From assembly GCA_000165425.1 (NCBI GenBank), contig CT868163.1, forward strand, positions 1-64,000: DNA of 64,000 bases, in the 5' to 3' direction. Below the pieces are notes generated by a model. The model saw only the letters and a program-made list of their open reading frames with translations. It searched no databases and was not told the DNA's origin. Source of the DNA: Paramecium tetraurelia. Its lineage: Eukaryota. The position numbers and the translations under genes were made by a program. Below are positions 1 through 14,100 of this stretch, one piece after another; the first letter of the stretch is position 1, and each line of letters opens with the position of its first letter.

Positions 1-637
1 AAGAACATAGGACCATGACTAAGAACCTAAAAAAATGTGGAGTCTTGGAGTTGTACCAAATCTCCTTGAATGGCTATGTGAGCAATTATTCATCTAAGAT
101 CAAATCAGAAAAGTAAGGCATCATTTCTCAATCGGATTCATTAAGACTCTCTTTTAGTTCCTTCCTCTTTGACAATTTATTCTGAATTGTTTATCGAGGT
201 ATTTGAAAGAAGTATAAATTACTATAATAAGCAATAAGATTTTGAAAAAGAAAAATGCTCTCCTAATATCTCTGAGGGGAAATATCTCATAATTAAGTAG
301 GGTCAACTTTTGATCCTATGAACTTCAAACCTCTATTAAAAAATTCATGGATCAGAAACATGGTACAAAATTTCAAACAAATTAAATAACTTAGTAATTC
401 ATTGAAGATACAATTTATACCTTGAATTTAATAATATAATACTTCAAGGTTTAAAATATTTAGATTTTGTAAAGTATGATAATGAATTTAGCTTAACCTT
501 AATCTTCTATTGATTTTATTAGATGAAAAGATCATCTCAAAATGCAATTATAATATTGAATTCTTGATTGGAGAGTTTTTTAAAAGTTTTTGATATAATT
601 AAATGTAGCATATACAAATAGTTTCAGAATTAATTAA

Positions 638-2353
<1,716 letters not shown>

Positions 2354-2550
2354 CTCCTCTTAAAATAAATTATTATATATTTAATATTTATTAAGATTTA
2401 CTTCTAATATTTCATCTATTTTATTCAATTCAAGAAAGAATTAAATATTTTTTTATAAAATGTAATCATAATTAATATATGTATTTGTTTCCATGCTTAA
2501 AATTCACATTTATAACATCAATCTATTTTTAGTTCCTTATTTATACTCAA

Positions 2551-3170
2551 TCAGATTTCTAACAAATCATTCTCTGTTTAGGTTCCATATATAATTTTGT
2601 CTTCATGTATTTCTTTCAATAAATACTGCAATGAAACAGCTGCCAAACCTAAAATATATAAATTTATTTATACTTCTCAATCTTGATTTAGCCTGATTCG
2701 TGATAATTACAAGCAGAAAAGTAGATTTATTCAAAAGTACTAACCATGCTATTAAAACTTACTTGTGAATCATCTACCAAAAGTAAATTCATATTTGATA
2801 CTCTTAATTGTTAATGACCATTCTAAAAGGGCAAAGATATTCATCAGAAGAAATTGGAATTAATATTATATTATTATCTTAAAATCTGAGAGATTTCTGA
2901 TTCCTCTATGTTGTTCATCATTCTTAATTTATTATATGCTCTATTCCAAATTTGAAATCAATATAACAACAATAACATGTTTTAGGCTGTAAATTTAGTG
3001 TTAACAAAATTATCAACTGTTAGGGAAATTTCAAAAGAATTATGCAGTTACTCATCCAAAGAAGTCGATATTGTCTTCATATTGTTTCAAATAGGATTTA
3101 AATTTTAAGACAATGTGAAGGTCGATTGTTTAAAAACATCTTTTCAATATTTTATCTTGAAGCATATTAT
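2551..3170 (-). pseudogene. Possible decayed gene
   Basis: Protein-like fragments in shifting frames and an intron-like GT..TAG (~2649-2673), but no continuous frame found. Confidence 0.25.
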
Positions 3171-3469
3171 CTATTTGTTTTGTTATTAAAGTATTTTATT
3201 TACTAAAATAGCTTGATATTGAATTGCATCAATTAAAAATTAAAATATATATTCATTTATATTTTATTTGTTTAGATCAAATACATGTTACTTCCATATC
3301 GATTTAATTGAATATATTGTACTATGATAACAAAATAAGTAAATTTCAAAATAGACCATGAAATTGGAAGAATAAATAATGGATTCATTTAGATATTTAA
3401 TACTTTATTTTAGTCAACAATATTGTATTTTTGTAGTAATAGATTCATTGAACTGCTTTCAAATATGTT

Positions 3470-4102
3470 TCACTTTTCAAATTCTTCTATAATTTCTGCC
3501 ACTAAACTGACTAATGTTGTTTATTTAATTTAATAGGCTTTTACTAAAATTCTGATTAAAATTGCAAAATCATTTTCATCGAATATCCTATTTTCAATGG
3601 CCAACTATTTGATCCACCTTTTAAGTGGATATTGAGGACCATGTAAACTATTTATAAAATTAATCCAACTAATTTAGGTTTTGGTGTTTTAAGGTATAAA
3701 ATTATCAATATCTATTTTTGGAGGAGGTATTATCTTCCCATTTTAGAGTTTATCTTATGTTGATTTTGATTTGATCATTGTTAATTTATTGAACATTGAA
3801 TTTGAATTTAGACTTTAAGGAGAAGGCAATCTTCTGAAAAAATACGAAGGCTCTTTATTACTTCTATCTGTTAAACATTCCTTGATGTTTTATAATTTTT
3901 TTCTGTGAATTGCCATATTGAAATCATTTATTCTTGTAGAGATTGGAAGTTTTGAATTTTCATTTTTCTTTAGAAATGAAGTTTTAATCTCTGTATTCAA
4001 ATGTCTTTCTTTAATCTATTAAAGGCATAATCTATGACCCCATAATTACGATAATATTAATTATCGTCCTCCCACATTCCGAGTGTCGGGAGTGAATTGC
4101 AT
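3470..4102 (-). CDS. Hypothetical protein (~210 aa), possibly remote SPATA7-like
   Basis: ATG-to-TGA span of 633 nt (3n): MQFTPDTRNVGGRQLILSQLWGH..IENRIFDENDFAILIRIL..EEFEK*. The family idea is inference. Confidence 0.7.
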
Positions 4103-4160
4103 ACGTTAATAAAATATTATAAATTAATATTACAATATTAATAATTTTTGTATCGATTCT

Positions 4161-5344
4161 TCAAATTACTCTAGTTCCATTATTCCATTCTTACTCTTCA
4201 TCCTAACCACCTTTCTATTTTCTAATTCCTTTCCCGTGTTATTTATCATTTTACCATGCTCCAAAATAGCTTGTTCCATCACTATAAAAGAATGTCCCAT
4301 CCCCATTTCTAAGGTCATTTTGAAATTAACCTAAAAGATTCAATTTGATATTACCTTTGTAATATCTACCATCAGGATAAAATAATTCCCCTTAACCATT
4401 CATCATACTATTCCTCCAATTACCATTATATCTCCTCTTATCAGCCCATGTAAAGGTTCCATATCCTAAATTTAAGGGAAATAGATTAATACCTTCCATT
4501 TAATCATTTACTATACTCCCTTCATAAATAGACCCATCTGTCCATTAAAATCGGCCTGTTCCATATTTGACTCCATTATCATAGCTTCCTTCATACTTTG
4601 TTCCATCAGGCCATGTTTCTTTGCCAAAACCATTTTGTCTATTATTTTTGAACTCGCCTTCGTATTTTGTGCCATCAGCGTATTTATAGATTCCATTGCC
4701 TTCTATATTGCCATTCTAAAAATCACCTTACTATGTGTTAGACATCATTAGATACATAAAATTCCCCAGATGCCATAATTAATCTCCCATGAAGATGTTA
4801 ATAGTCTTAGAAAAAGTAACCTTCATAAATAGAACCATCAGAATAAATTAGTTTTCCTCTGCCTTCCCTCACACCATTCATCCATTATCCTTCATAAATT
4901 GAACCATCTTCTAATAGCTGATATCAACTTAAATTTTACATATGGTGTTAAAGACCTAGATTTTTAGAATTTTTCATCATATCTCGTATTGTAATTGTAT
5001 TCTCCATACAAAAATAACTTCTCTTTTACTAATTCGTTGCAGGATTCTACAGTTCCATTATAAGGCTTGATTTTTTCATTTTTTGGTTTTGTATTTTCCA
5101 TTTACTCTTTTTCTTGCTCAGCCTAGAGTTTTGATTTGTTATATACCTCCTTTCTTGCTTTCATTCCTCTAAAACCTGATTAAATTTTGATCACATTTTA
5201 TTCATCATATGATGATAATGGCATTGCTTCTGCTTAAACCTCTTCAGGCTTAACCTTTTCTTGAAGTTAACCTTCTTCAAAGCACATACTTCCTCGTTTA
5301 TCAATTTCTGTTGAGACTGGATGTTGAGAAATGCATGGACCCAT
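4161..5344 (-). CDS. MORN-repeat protein with N-terminal MG-x-C and an IQ motif
   Basis: Starts MGPCISQ; IQ motif IKIQSGFRGMKARK; many YxGxWxxxxxxGxG MORN repeats; several ~25 nt introns (e.g. ~4331-4355, ~4466-4492). Ends WNNGTRVI*. Confidence 0.9.
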
Positions 5345-5921
5345 TTTATTAGTAAATTATAAATTCAATGAAAAGAACCAAATATTTCACTTGTTAGAAA
5401 TAAGTTATTTCAAAAAAACATTATGAACCATGATTGGATTTTATGAATTAACTCATTGATCGAATACAAAAATTTTTACTGTAAATGATTCGTAATCTAT
5501 TGGTCCCTCTTTAAAACAAAAACGCTTTACTCTGGTCAAAGGAGATTTATTAACTAAATTTTAAAAGAGAGAATTTTTCATTCTACATTTTCACAATAAT
5601 CTCAATATGTTCATTATTTTAGTAATAATTATTCCTCCCCATTACAAATTACGTAATTTTAATTTATAAGCAAAAAGCATATTAGAAATCAAAAATTAAT
5701 GATTTGAAATAACTATGAAAATCTATTCATAATTTATTTCTAACATCTCTAATAATTAAGATTTTCAATTTAAGTGATGATAATTTGATACTTTAAAAGT
5801 TGCTGGCTAATTTCTAGATGAATTAGGGCTTGAAAGATAGATGTCTATTGATATTGTGATATGGATGGTTGGAAAAGATGAATTAATTTGACATATAAAT
5901 TGATATATGATATATATAGAA

Positions 5922-8900
5922 TCATTTTAATTTTGCTAATCGTTATTCAACAATCCTATCAAGCCTCAGTTATTATTTGAGCAATTCAATATCCTTTTTA
6001 TAATTAGTTTGATATGTCGTTGAATCATCCTAATGTCGTTATTCTATAGTGATTTTATCATCATTAATGGAAATTTAATGTCTAGATATAGGATAAATAA
6101 AACTACTATTCTGAATTTTCGTCGTCATTTTCTTCTTCTTGGTTATGATCAATTTATGATTTTTAGCTTTCACTTCTTAAATCTAATTCAACCTATTGAA
6201 CATTTTCAGTGAATATCACTCCATCAGGATTTCTTCTAATCCATGGCGCTTCCGGCTTGTTGTCCACGTCTGTAGACTATACTATTGTAATCGAATAATT
6301 AGAATTACTTGAATTCCTTCAATTAATTTATTATCAAATTCTGGATTCATAGAGGGAGGAGTTATTCTTGGTAAACAGAAGGATAGTCTGGTTTCTAAGT
6401 TTCCAATTTTAAAAGTTGGGAAAATGCAGCATAATCTATTGGAGTAGGGAAAAATGGTTGCACTTTTAGGTTAATTTGTGTCTAATGCTGCAAGAAAATC
6501 TCGAATTGGAGTTTCAAATGATTCCTAAAGTTATTCAGCTAATTAATTTAATAATTCTTTTCCTTTTCTCTTTTATTTATTCTTCAATAATATATATATA
6601 TATTACTAATATTGTAGCAATAGAAACATTGTAATAGTATTCGTACATATTATATGTTCTATCCTCAAATTCCAATTCATCTAATTCACTGATTAATCTT
6701 TCCTATTGTTCTTACTAAGAAATTAATGAATTATTCGACTATTAACTAAATTCTTTTATTTATTATTTCAACCCATATGATTTTGTCCATAAATCCATAG
6801 CTTTTTTATAGTTCCCTAAGTAAAATTTCATTATTCCTCTATAAAATATTAAATCTGATGTTAAAAACACATGGCCATCTGATCCTAAAACTATTAATTT
6901 CTTAAGCATTTAAGATGCTATTCTAAAATTGACTGATTTATTTGATCCTTGCGATAATTTAAGAATCATCATAGATTGGGATTCATCTGGACCTACAGTA
7001 GATGTTTTCAAGGCTAATAAACATTCTTTATCAATATAACTTTTCTTATCTCCAGTCAATTCTATTATCCTATTTAAATCTGACATTGCATAATTTAATT
7101 CTTTCTAAATGATGTAACACAGTGCTCTGTATCTTAATAACTACACATTATTTTGAATATCTGGAGAATGAGAATATGTTTTGATTGCGTGTTCGTAAGC
7201 TCCAATTAAAAATAACAAATTTCCTGCCCATAAATGAATATCAGGATCTTTGGGTTTAAGAGAAATGTAAGTTTGCAAATCATTAAATGCAGCAGTTCTA
7301 TCCCCTAACAATGTAAATACTTTGGCTCTATTCAAATAAGCTTCAGCGAATTTTGAGTCCCAATTGATCACAATAGTGAAATCATTTAAGGCTTATTGAG
7401 GATTGTCCAAACAGGCCCTTACTAATCCTCTAGCATAAACATATTTAGCAACTCGATCTTCATTCTTCTCAACTGCTTTTGTTAAATCAGATAAAGCCAA
7501 ATCTATTTAACCAAAATAAAATCTTAAAATTCCTCTATGATAAAGTAGGTTAGAATTCTAATCATTCAAAGTTACTGCTTTATCCAAATGTTTTAAAGCA
7601 TTTTTTATATATTTATCCTTGTCTTTTGGCATATGCTTGTTAATAAATTATATAAGAGTCAAGGACTTATAAAAATGCGGCTCCATTTTACCAGGAAACA
7701 ACTTGGAGGCTTTCTGAAATTGTGATTACGCTTTTTCAAATTGACTCGACTAGGACATTACAATTCCTTCACATATGATCTTATTATATAATGATGGTTA
7801 ATCTAATTCTTAAAAGTTTTGAACATAAATCAAGTCGTTTAATGCTTTTTAGAATTTATTTAAACAAATAAAACCTAGAATATTAGATAAATTTACCATA
7901 GGCTCTATAAAGAAAAATAATCTTCTTGATGAACTCCCCCAATTAATAATTATTAATTAATTATGTGAACACATTTACACCTTCTTAATATTTTCTTTTC
8001 ATTAAGAATATAACTCCTTCTGTGAATTATCTTAATTTCATAATAGATTCTTTATCAACCTCTAAATGGTCTTCTCTTTATAATGTATAATATGCAGAAT
8101 AGAAATCCTTCTAATCAATTTTAATTTTGGCTATTTCTTATAATGATTTTGTTACTGCCTTCCTACTATTATTTTATTTAATTGATTATTCAAAGCTCAA
8201 AATAGCTTCATTGAATTAGCCTTTATTTATGTAAATTTAGCCCTTCATGAAGAGCGCCTCTGAACTATTGGGGTCATTCATTAGAATTTGATTGATAGCT
8301 TCCATGGCTCTATCTAAAGACTATAACTCAATATAGCAATATATTTTTCTCATCAAAAATTATTCATTTTCTGGAATAGTTTCATAAACATTCAATGCTT
8401 CAGCTATTTTACCACTCAATCTTAAGCAATCTGCTCTACCTAATGTACCTTAAAATGATATTTAATCATTCTCTAGAACACTTGCCTAATAGAAATCTTG
8501 CAAAGCTAACTAGTATTTTTTTATTTTCATTAATAATTTTCCTTTATGTATTAATGCATCATAATAAATTGGTTATAATTTTGAATATTTTTTTGATAAA
8601 AATTCTTTTAAAACAGCTATTGCATCACTGTAGTTCCCAATTTTTTTTAAACACAATGCTTACAAAATTACAGTATTTCCATTTAAATCCCCTGATTGTC
8701 TTGCTCTTGAAAACTAATTGACTGCTTAATCATATTGTCGACAATTCATATGAATTAAACCCTTAAAGTAGGCAATTTCCTTTATGTATTCTGGATTCAT
8801 TTGAGGCTGATCAATCTCCTCCAAATCTTTTAAAGCCTCTTAAAATTTTTATGCCTTTATCAGCTTTTCACAATTTAGTATTCTTTTCGCGGGAGACTGT

Positions 8901-9273
8901 GAGAAATATTGATGAACATGGTGTTCACTTGTCGTGCTATTAGGTTGTAATTTGCTAAATTTAAAATTAATTTGTTATACTTCTGTAATGATGATTTTCG
9001 GGTAGATAACTAAATTGTCTTTAGGTTTTTTGTATTAAAAGAACTATTTAACGAGGTTTTATGATTAGTGGTTGACTTATTTTTCTTATTATTGACAATG
9101 CTCCCCGATTTTCTTTTTGAATCGTCGTTTCTAGATTGAACATTCCGATGGTCAACATCTTCTGTTTTCAAATAACGATTTTGACTTCTTCTTATAGTTT
9201 ATTACTGTCTGCCTTCCCACATTGAAGGGGTGAAACATTTCCTTCTTGGAGATAAACTACTTCTAACAAGCAT
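5922..9273 (-). CDS. Tetratricopeptide-repeat (TPR) protein
   Basis: Repeated TPR helices (AEAYLNRAKVFTLLGDRTAAFNDL; IHLWAGNLLFLIGAYEHAIKTY). Short introns near 8955-8981, 7875-7897, 6582-6606 and 6082-6106. Ends RLAKLK*. Confidence 0.85.
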
Positions 9274-10159
9274 AATTTTTGTTAGTTATTTAACTTATAA
9301 TATATATAAAATTTGAAATCTAATTTATATTTCCATTACATTTAATTAGTTTATAATCAAAGATTAAAAATTCAAATAGCATTTCACAAATAAGGAGAAC
9401 AGATTTTGATCATTATTAAATAGAAATATTTTGCAAATTTGTGTTCAAAAATATCTAAAACACAGTTTCATTTTTTAGGGAAAAAAAACAATTTTATGAT
9501 AAGTTTAAGCATTTATTTATTAAGAAACAGGAATTAGCAAACAGGAACGCATTTCTTTGATGATAAACTATAAAATAAATATGAAAAAAAAATGAATTTT
9601 ATCATTTTGATTTATAGATTCATGAATTAGTCTGATCATTTTATTAATAATAGATCTTTATTTATAAACTGTAAATCAATATTAATCCACCAATAAATAA
9701 TAAAAGTTCTTTAGAATCGACATTGTTTCTATGAACTCAATTAATATTGATAATAGAAATTCTATTTATTAATTATATTTTACATCCTTGAATTACAATT
9801 TTAAGCTCTTCTTTGTAGTTCGGATTATAATTTATATTAATAAATCTATCATTGTAAAGGCAATTGTTTACATAGCACACCATATTTACTTCTATTTAGA
9901 TAAAACATGAAATGATGATATTGTTATGAATTTGGTAATAGAATCTTTGAATGACAAATTATACATTGAGTCGATTTGCAGAAAATTTGAATGAGTAGAA
10001 CTTTACTTAATTATATAGAAGTAAGCAATTATATATAAGTTTTTAACAGCAATAAAATTATATATTCATTACGACAACATTAAGTCTTCATTTATGTCAT
10101 CTTCAAATAGATATTATTTAAGCAGGAATGATCAAAAATTGAAAGACTTTAATTAATTT

Positions 10160-11098
10160 ATGTAAAAAACATTCTTAGTTTCAGGATTGACGCTCCTTTT
10201 AACCTCAATTGGCTCCATTTAAAATCACTAACCTGATGATGTCTCTTTGGCTTTTTAAGAATTTAAAAAGAAATATTAAAAATCTTACACAATACCTGAG
10301 GAAATTTTCAGAAGAGTCATCTTTAGATCGAACTATGAAAAAATCTAAGCTCACAATTCTGACAAAACATAAACATACTCAGTCGACGTGAATCAATTCA
10401 CCGATTTTAGTTAAGATGAATTTGTTGCCATCTAATTGAGCTTTATCCCACCTAGTGGATGGAAACCATCAGATGAAGAAGTCATTTAAGTAGGTGTTGA
10501 ACCAAATGACTCAGTTGATTGGAGATCAAAAGTTCGTGTTAAGAACCAATAATGGTGCGGTGCTGGTTGGGCCTTTTCTGCAGTTGGTGCTGTAGAAGCT
10601 TTCTTTAAAATTAAAAAAAATCTAGATTACAGTTTATCTGAATAATATTTAATTGATTGCGATAGGACTAAAAACAAAGGATGTCTGGGAGGACATCCAG
10701 ATTTAGGGATCAAATACATAGCAAATTATGGAATATATTCCGAATCTGCCTATATTTACGCAGGTGATAGAAATTAGGTATGTACATAATTATATGGAAT
10801 TCATAAAATTAAAAATTCAGGCGTTTAAAGTATTGAAAAAACAGGTTTAAAAGCCGCAATAAAAGAATATCCAATTACAGTCAGTGTTGATGCCACAAAT
10901 TGGAATCATTATAAAGAAGGAGTTTTCAATAATTGCAACAAGAATATCAATCATGTAGTTCTGGCAGTAGGTTATGATTCTAAAGGTAATTGGATCATCA
11001 AGAACTCTTGGGGAACTACTTGGGGAGAATAAGGTTTTATGACCTTGAAAGCAGGAGATACTTGTGGTGTTACTTAAATGGCTTTCAAAGCAATTTGA
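10160..11098 (+). CDS. Papain-family (cathepsin L-like) preproprotein; catalytic Cys replaced by Gly
   Basis: Intronless 312 aa: signal peptide, ERFNIN-like prodomain, VNQFTD, SVDWR, KNQQWCGAGWAFS, GCLGG, NHVVLAVGY, WIIKNSWG. Confidence 0.93.
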
Positions 11099-11130
11099 GA
11101 AAATATTTACATAAATTTAAATAATAATAA

Positions 11131-14100
11131 TCATAAAGTAGACATAAATCTTTATAAAGCTTGTTTCTATAATCCATTATTTACAAAAGAACTAAAATGA
11201 GGACATTGCTCTTCTATCTCTGTAAAATACATCTTAGTTTGTCTTAACTATATCTTCCCTTTAATTTATTAATAGTTAATATGAACTTTTTAATGCTCCT
11301 AAAAAAGTTGTAAAATAATTAATGTGTTTTTTTTATAAGCCATAAATGTCATTCCATCTGTATTTTCTTATTCTTATTTTGTTTCTTCTAAAAATATGGG
11401 ATTGTTGTTTATATATTTTTATTGATTAGCAAGACCCAAAAAGTTTTATGATTTTATCTTAAACCCGATATATTCACATATTTATTTCAAGTCACTTAAG
11501 GATAATTTTGCATTCATGTAATTAGTCTAATATTTAAAATAACCATCTGCTATAAACAAGTTTAGGATTTCCCTTAAATTTATTTGTTTTTGACAATAAA
11601 ATATTGGTGATTCACTTTAAAAGCCTAAAACTCTTATTGAAAGATTAAACATCGATGAATTAGCATAATTAATAGATTCAAAAGCAACAAAGGGATTATC
11701 TCTACCTATATCTAAACTCATATAATCTAAAAAGAATTAAATGGTGTAAAGTCCAATCTTATCAATCTTAAGTTGCATTTTATGGATAAATTCTTTGAGA
11801 TTAGCTTTAAACCCAAAATCAAGACAAATTTAAGAACTATCTTAAAATTATGATTTTATCGTTATGACCTATTTATCCTTAAGCAATGACTAATAATTAC
11901 TTGACAAACTCTTAAAATGATTTAGAAGTTCTTGGTTTTCCATTGATTCATTCTTTTTTTTTTGTATATAATTTTTTCCTATCTATTTAAAAGAATTCAC
12001 TGTAGCATTAGTATCTTATTCCAGTTATTCTATCAAGGTTTTCTCTAAATAATTTTTATTTTATGCTTCACTTTCAATTCTTATATTGAATGGATCTTTT
12101 AAACTTAATTTCAATAATTTTATAAGTTAAGTCCATATATTTAGCTCAACTCTCATTTTATCCCCTTTGTTAATAATCTTACTTTTATTTTATAATAATT
12201 GCTGAATTATCAATCTTCGATTTAAACTATTATTAAGCTCTCTAGTAAACTCAAAAAACTTATGTAGATTTATAAAAGTTTATTATTTATTCATAATTAG
12301 CTTATTGGTTGTAAACTTTCTAAGGTAAACAGATTTCCTTTACATTTTTGTTTACTCAAATAAAATTGAAAACATTTCTTAAGTTTCCAAACTGGCTAAA
12401 TCTAAAAAATTAATTGTTCCAAGTAGATATCTACTTGTTTTCGGAACATATATTTGAATAATCCAAACATCTATAATTAAATGACTATAAACTGTAACAA
12501 CAGCATATTCTGCTGGTCCACTCTTGAAATTACATAGTTAAGAATTTTTCACACCAACATGAAACTTTTTAATAAAATGTCCAATAACTCTCGCATCTTT
12601 TAAATATGTTTCACAATAGTTCTTAGAAACCTATTCCTTGGAATCATAAAATAATTTCACAAACTAACAATTATTATGTCTTTCTAATAAGTTCAAATTA
12701 TTAATTTAAATAATATTTCCTTTTGGAGACTTAGGGGAATCACCACTTATAGAGATGCTTCTTTGATATTCAATAAAAGTTTGTCTAGTTTTTTTTGATA
12801 AAAAGTATCTATGAAGAAATGTTGGTAATTAATATCTAAATTTTCTTTCTGTATAAGTATTATTCAAAATAGTCATAGTCATTCTCTAAATAAATTTATC
12901 ATCGAAGTAATAAATTGATTAATATTATTCAATGTTAATTTTGAATAACTCAATCAAATCCTAATGGGAAAATATCATCTTAAATGAAGAAGTTTTAGAT
13001 GATAATAATTCTAATTATAAATTTACATAAAGCATTTCACCATCAAAATAATATATTCTTTCATTTCCTTTTTAATCAAAATTAAAATTATCTAATTTTT
13101 TATTAAAACTGTAATAAATAGATGTGTGTACAATAAATTATTAATTTCTGTTTATAAAGAATCTGTAATGATTAGAATTAAAATGATTTGTAAGATCTTT
13201 ATGTTTACTCAATATTAAGGTTTTTAATTTTATTGCAGATGGTAATTGACAATTCACGTAATGAGATTATTATATGTATATTGGAGTTTTGCTGTCTTTG
13301 GTTAAAAATTCAGTTACTTTATAATTTAATAGTTGTTTCATTTTAGAAAACTAATTAAGGCTTCCTTTTTCATAAATTCTATAAAGAGGAATTTACTTTA
13401 TAATATTAATAGCTTATAATATTTCCTAATTATTAGCCATGAAATCTGGTTCTTCTATTATTTATTTTCCTTGATATATATCATCATACTATTAAATTTA
13501 GGTTACAATACTAATTTTAAATAATTATTCTAAGTTTTATTCTTTCTCATTAATAATTTTGGTGTGCTTAACAAACTATTATTCAATTGGGGAAATAGCA
13601 TATAATTAAATGCTTTTTTCTTCTTTTTACATTAATTTTAAAGACATTTTTTTAGTTTTCAACTGATTATCATTTTTCAAAATAATTTTATTTTAAATTA
13701 AGTCAATGTCAAAGTAAGTAAACAAAAATAGACTCAATAATTCTTTTTAAGTATTTGAATAATCTGATTAAAAGACTAAATTATAGATTAATGATTCAAA
13801 TCTAATATTCTATAATTATTTTGGATCTTTCTCAAGATATTCTAATAATTAATGATATACTGAAACTTAAAGTGAATAAGGTTCAATGAGTAAGTTGCTT
13901 TTAACATTATCAACAGCTTTTTCTTTATTAAACAAAGTAGAAGAAACTTTTAGCTCAAAATATTATTTATTTATTTGCTATCCAAATATTTGAGGAATAT
14001 TGAGTGAGTTGTTTTTTTTTCCCTCTGGACTAAGTATATCATTTAAATGATATTTTAAATCCCTCGATATTTCTATTTCTAATGTTAGCAATACAAATTT

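Noticed and set aside
1..560. Protein-like fragments at the window edge
   Set aside because: Every frame is interrupted by TGA and no consistent intron model was found; upstream context is missing.
5443..5891. Possible small + strand gene ending ..VGKDELI*
   Set aside because: In-frame TGAs (5716, 5775-5780) cannot be removed by a credible intron.
8395..8721. 108-aa + strand ORF, and similar ones at 40073, 40348, 37957, 25738 and 34280
   Set aside because: They lie antisense within well-supported minus-strand genes.
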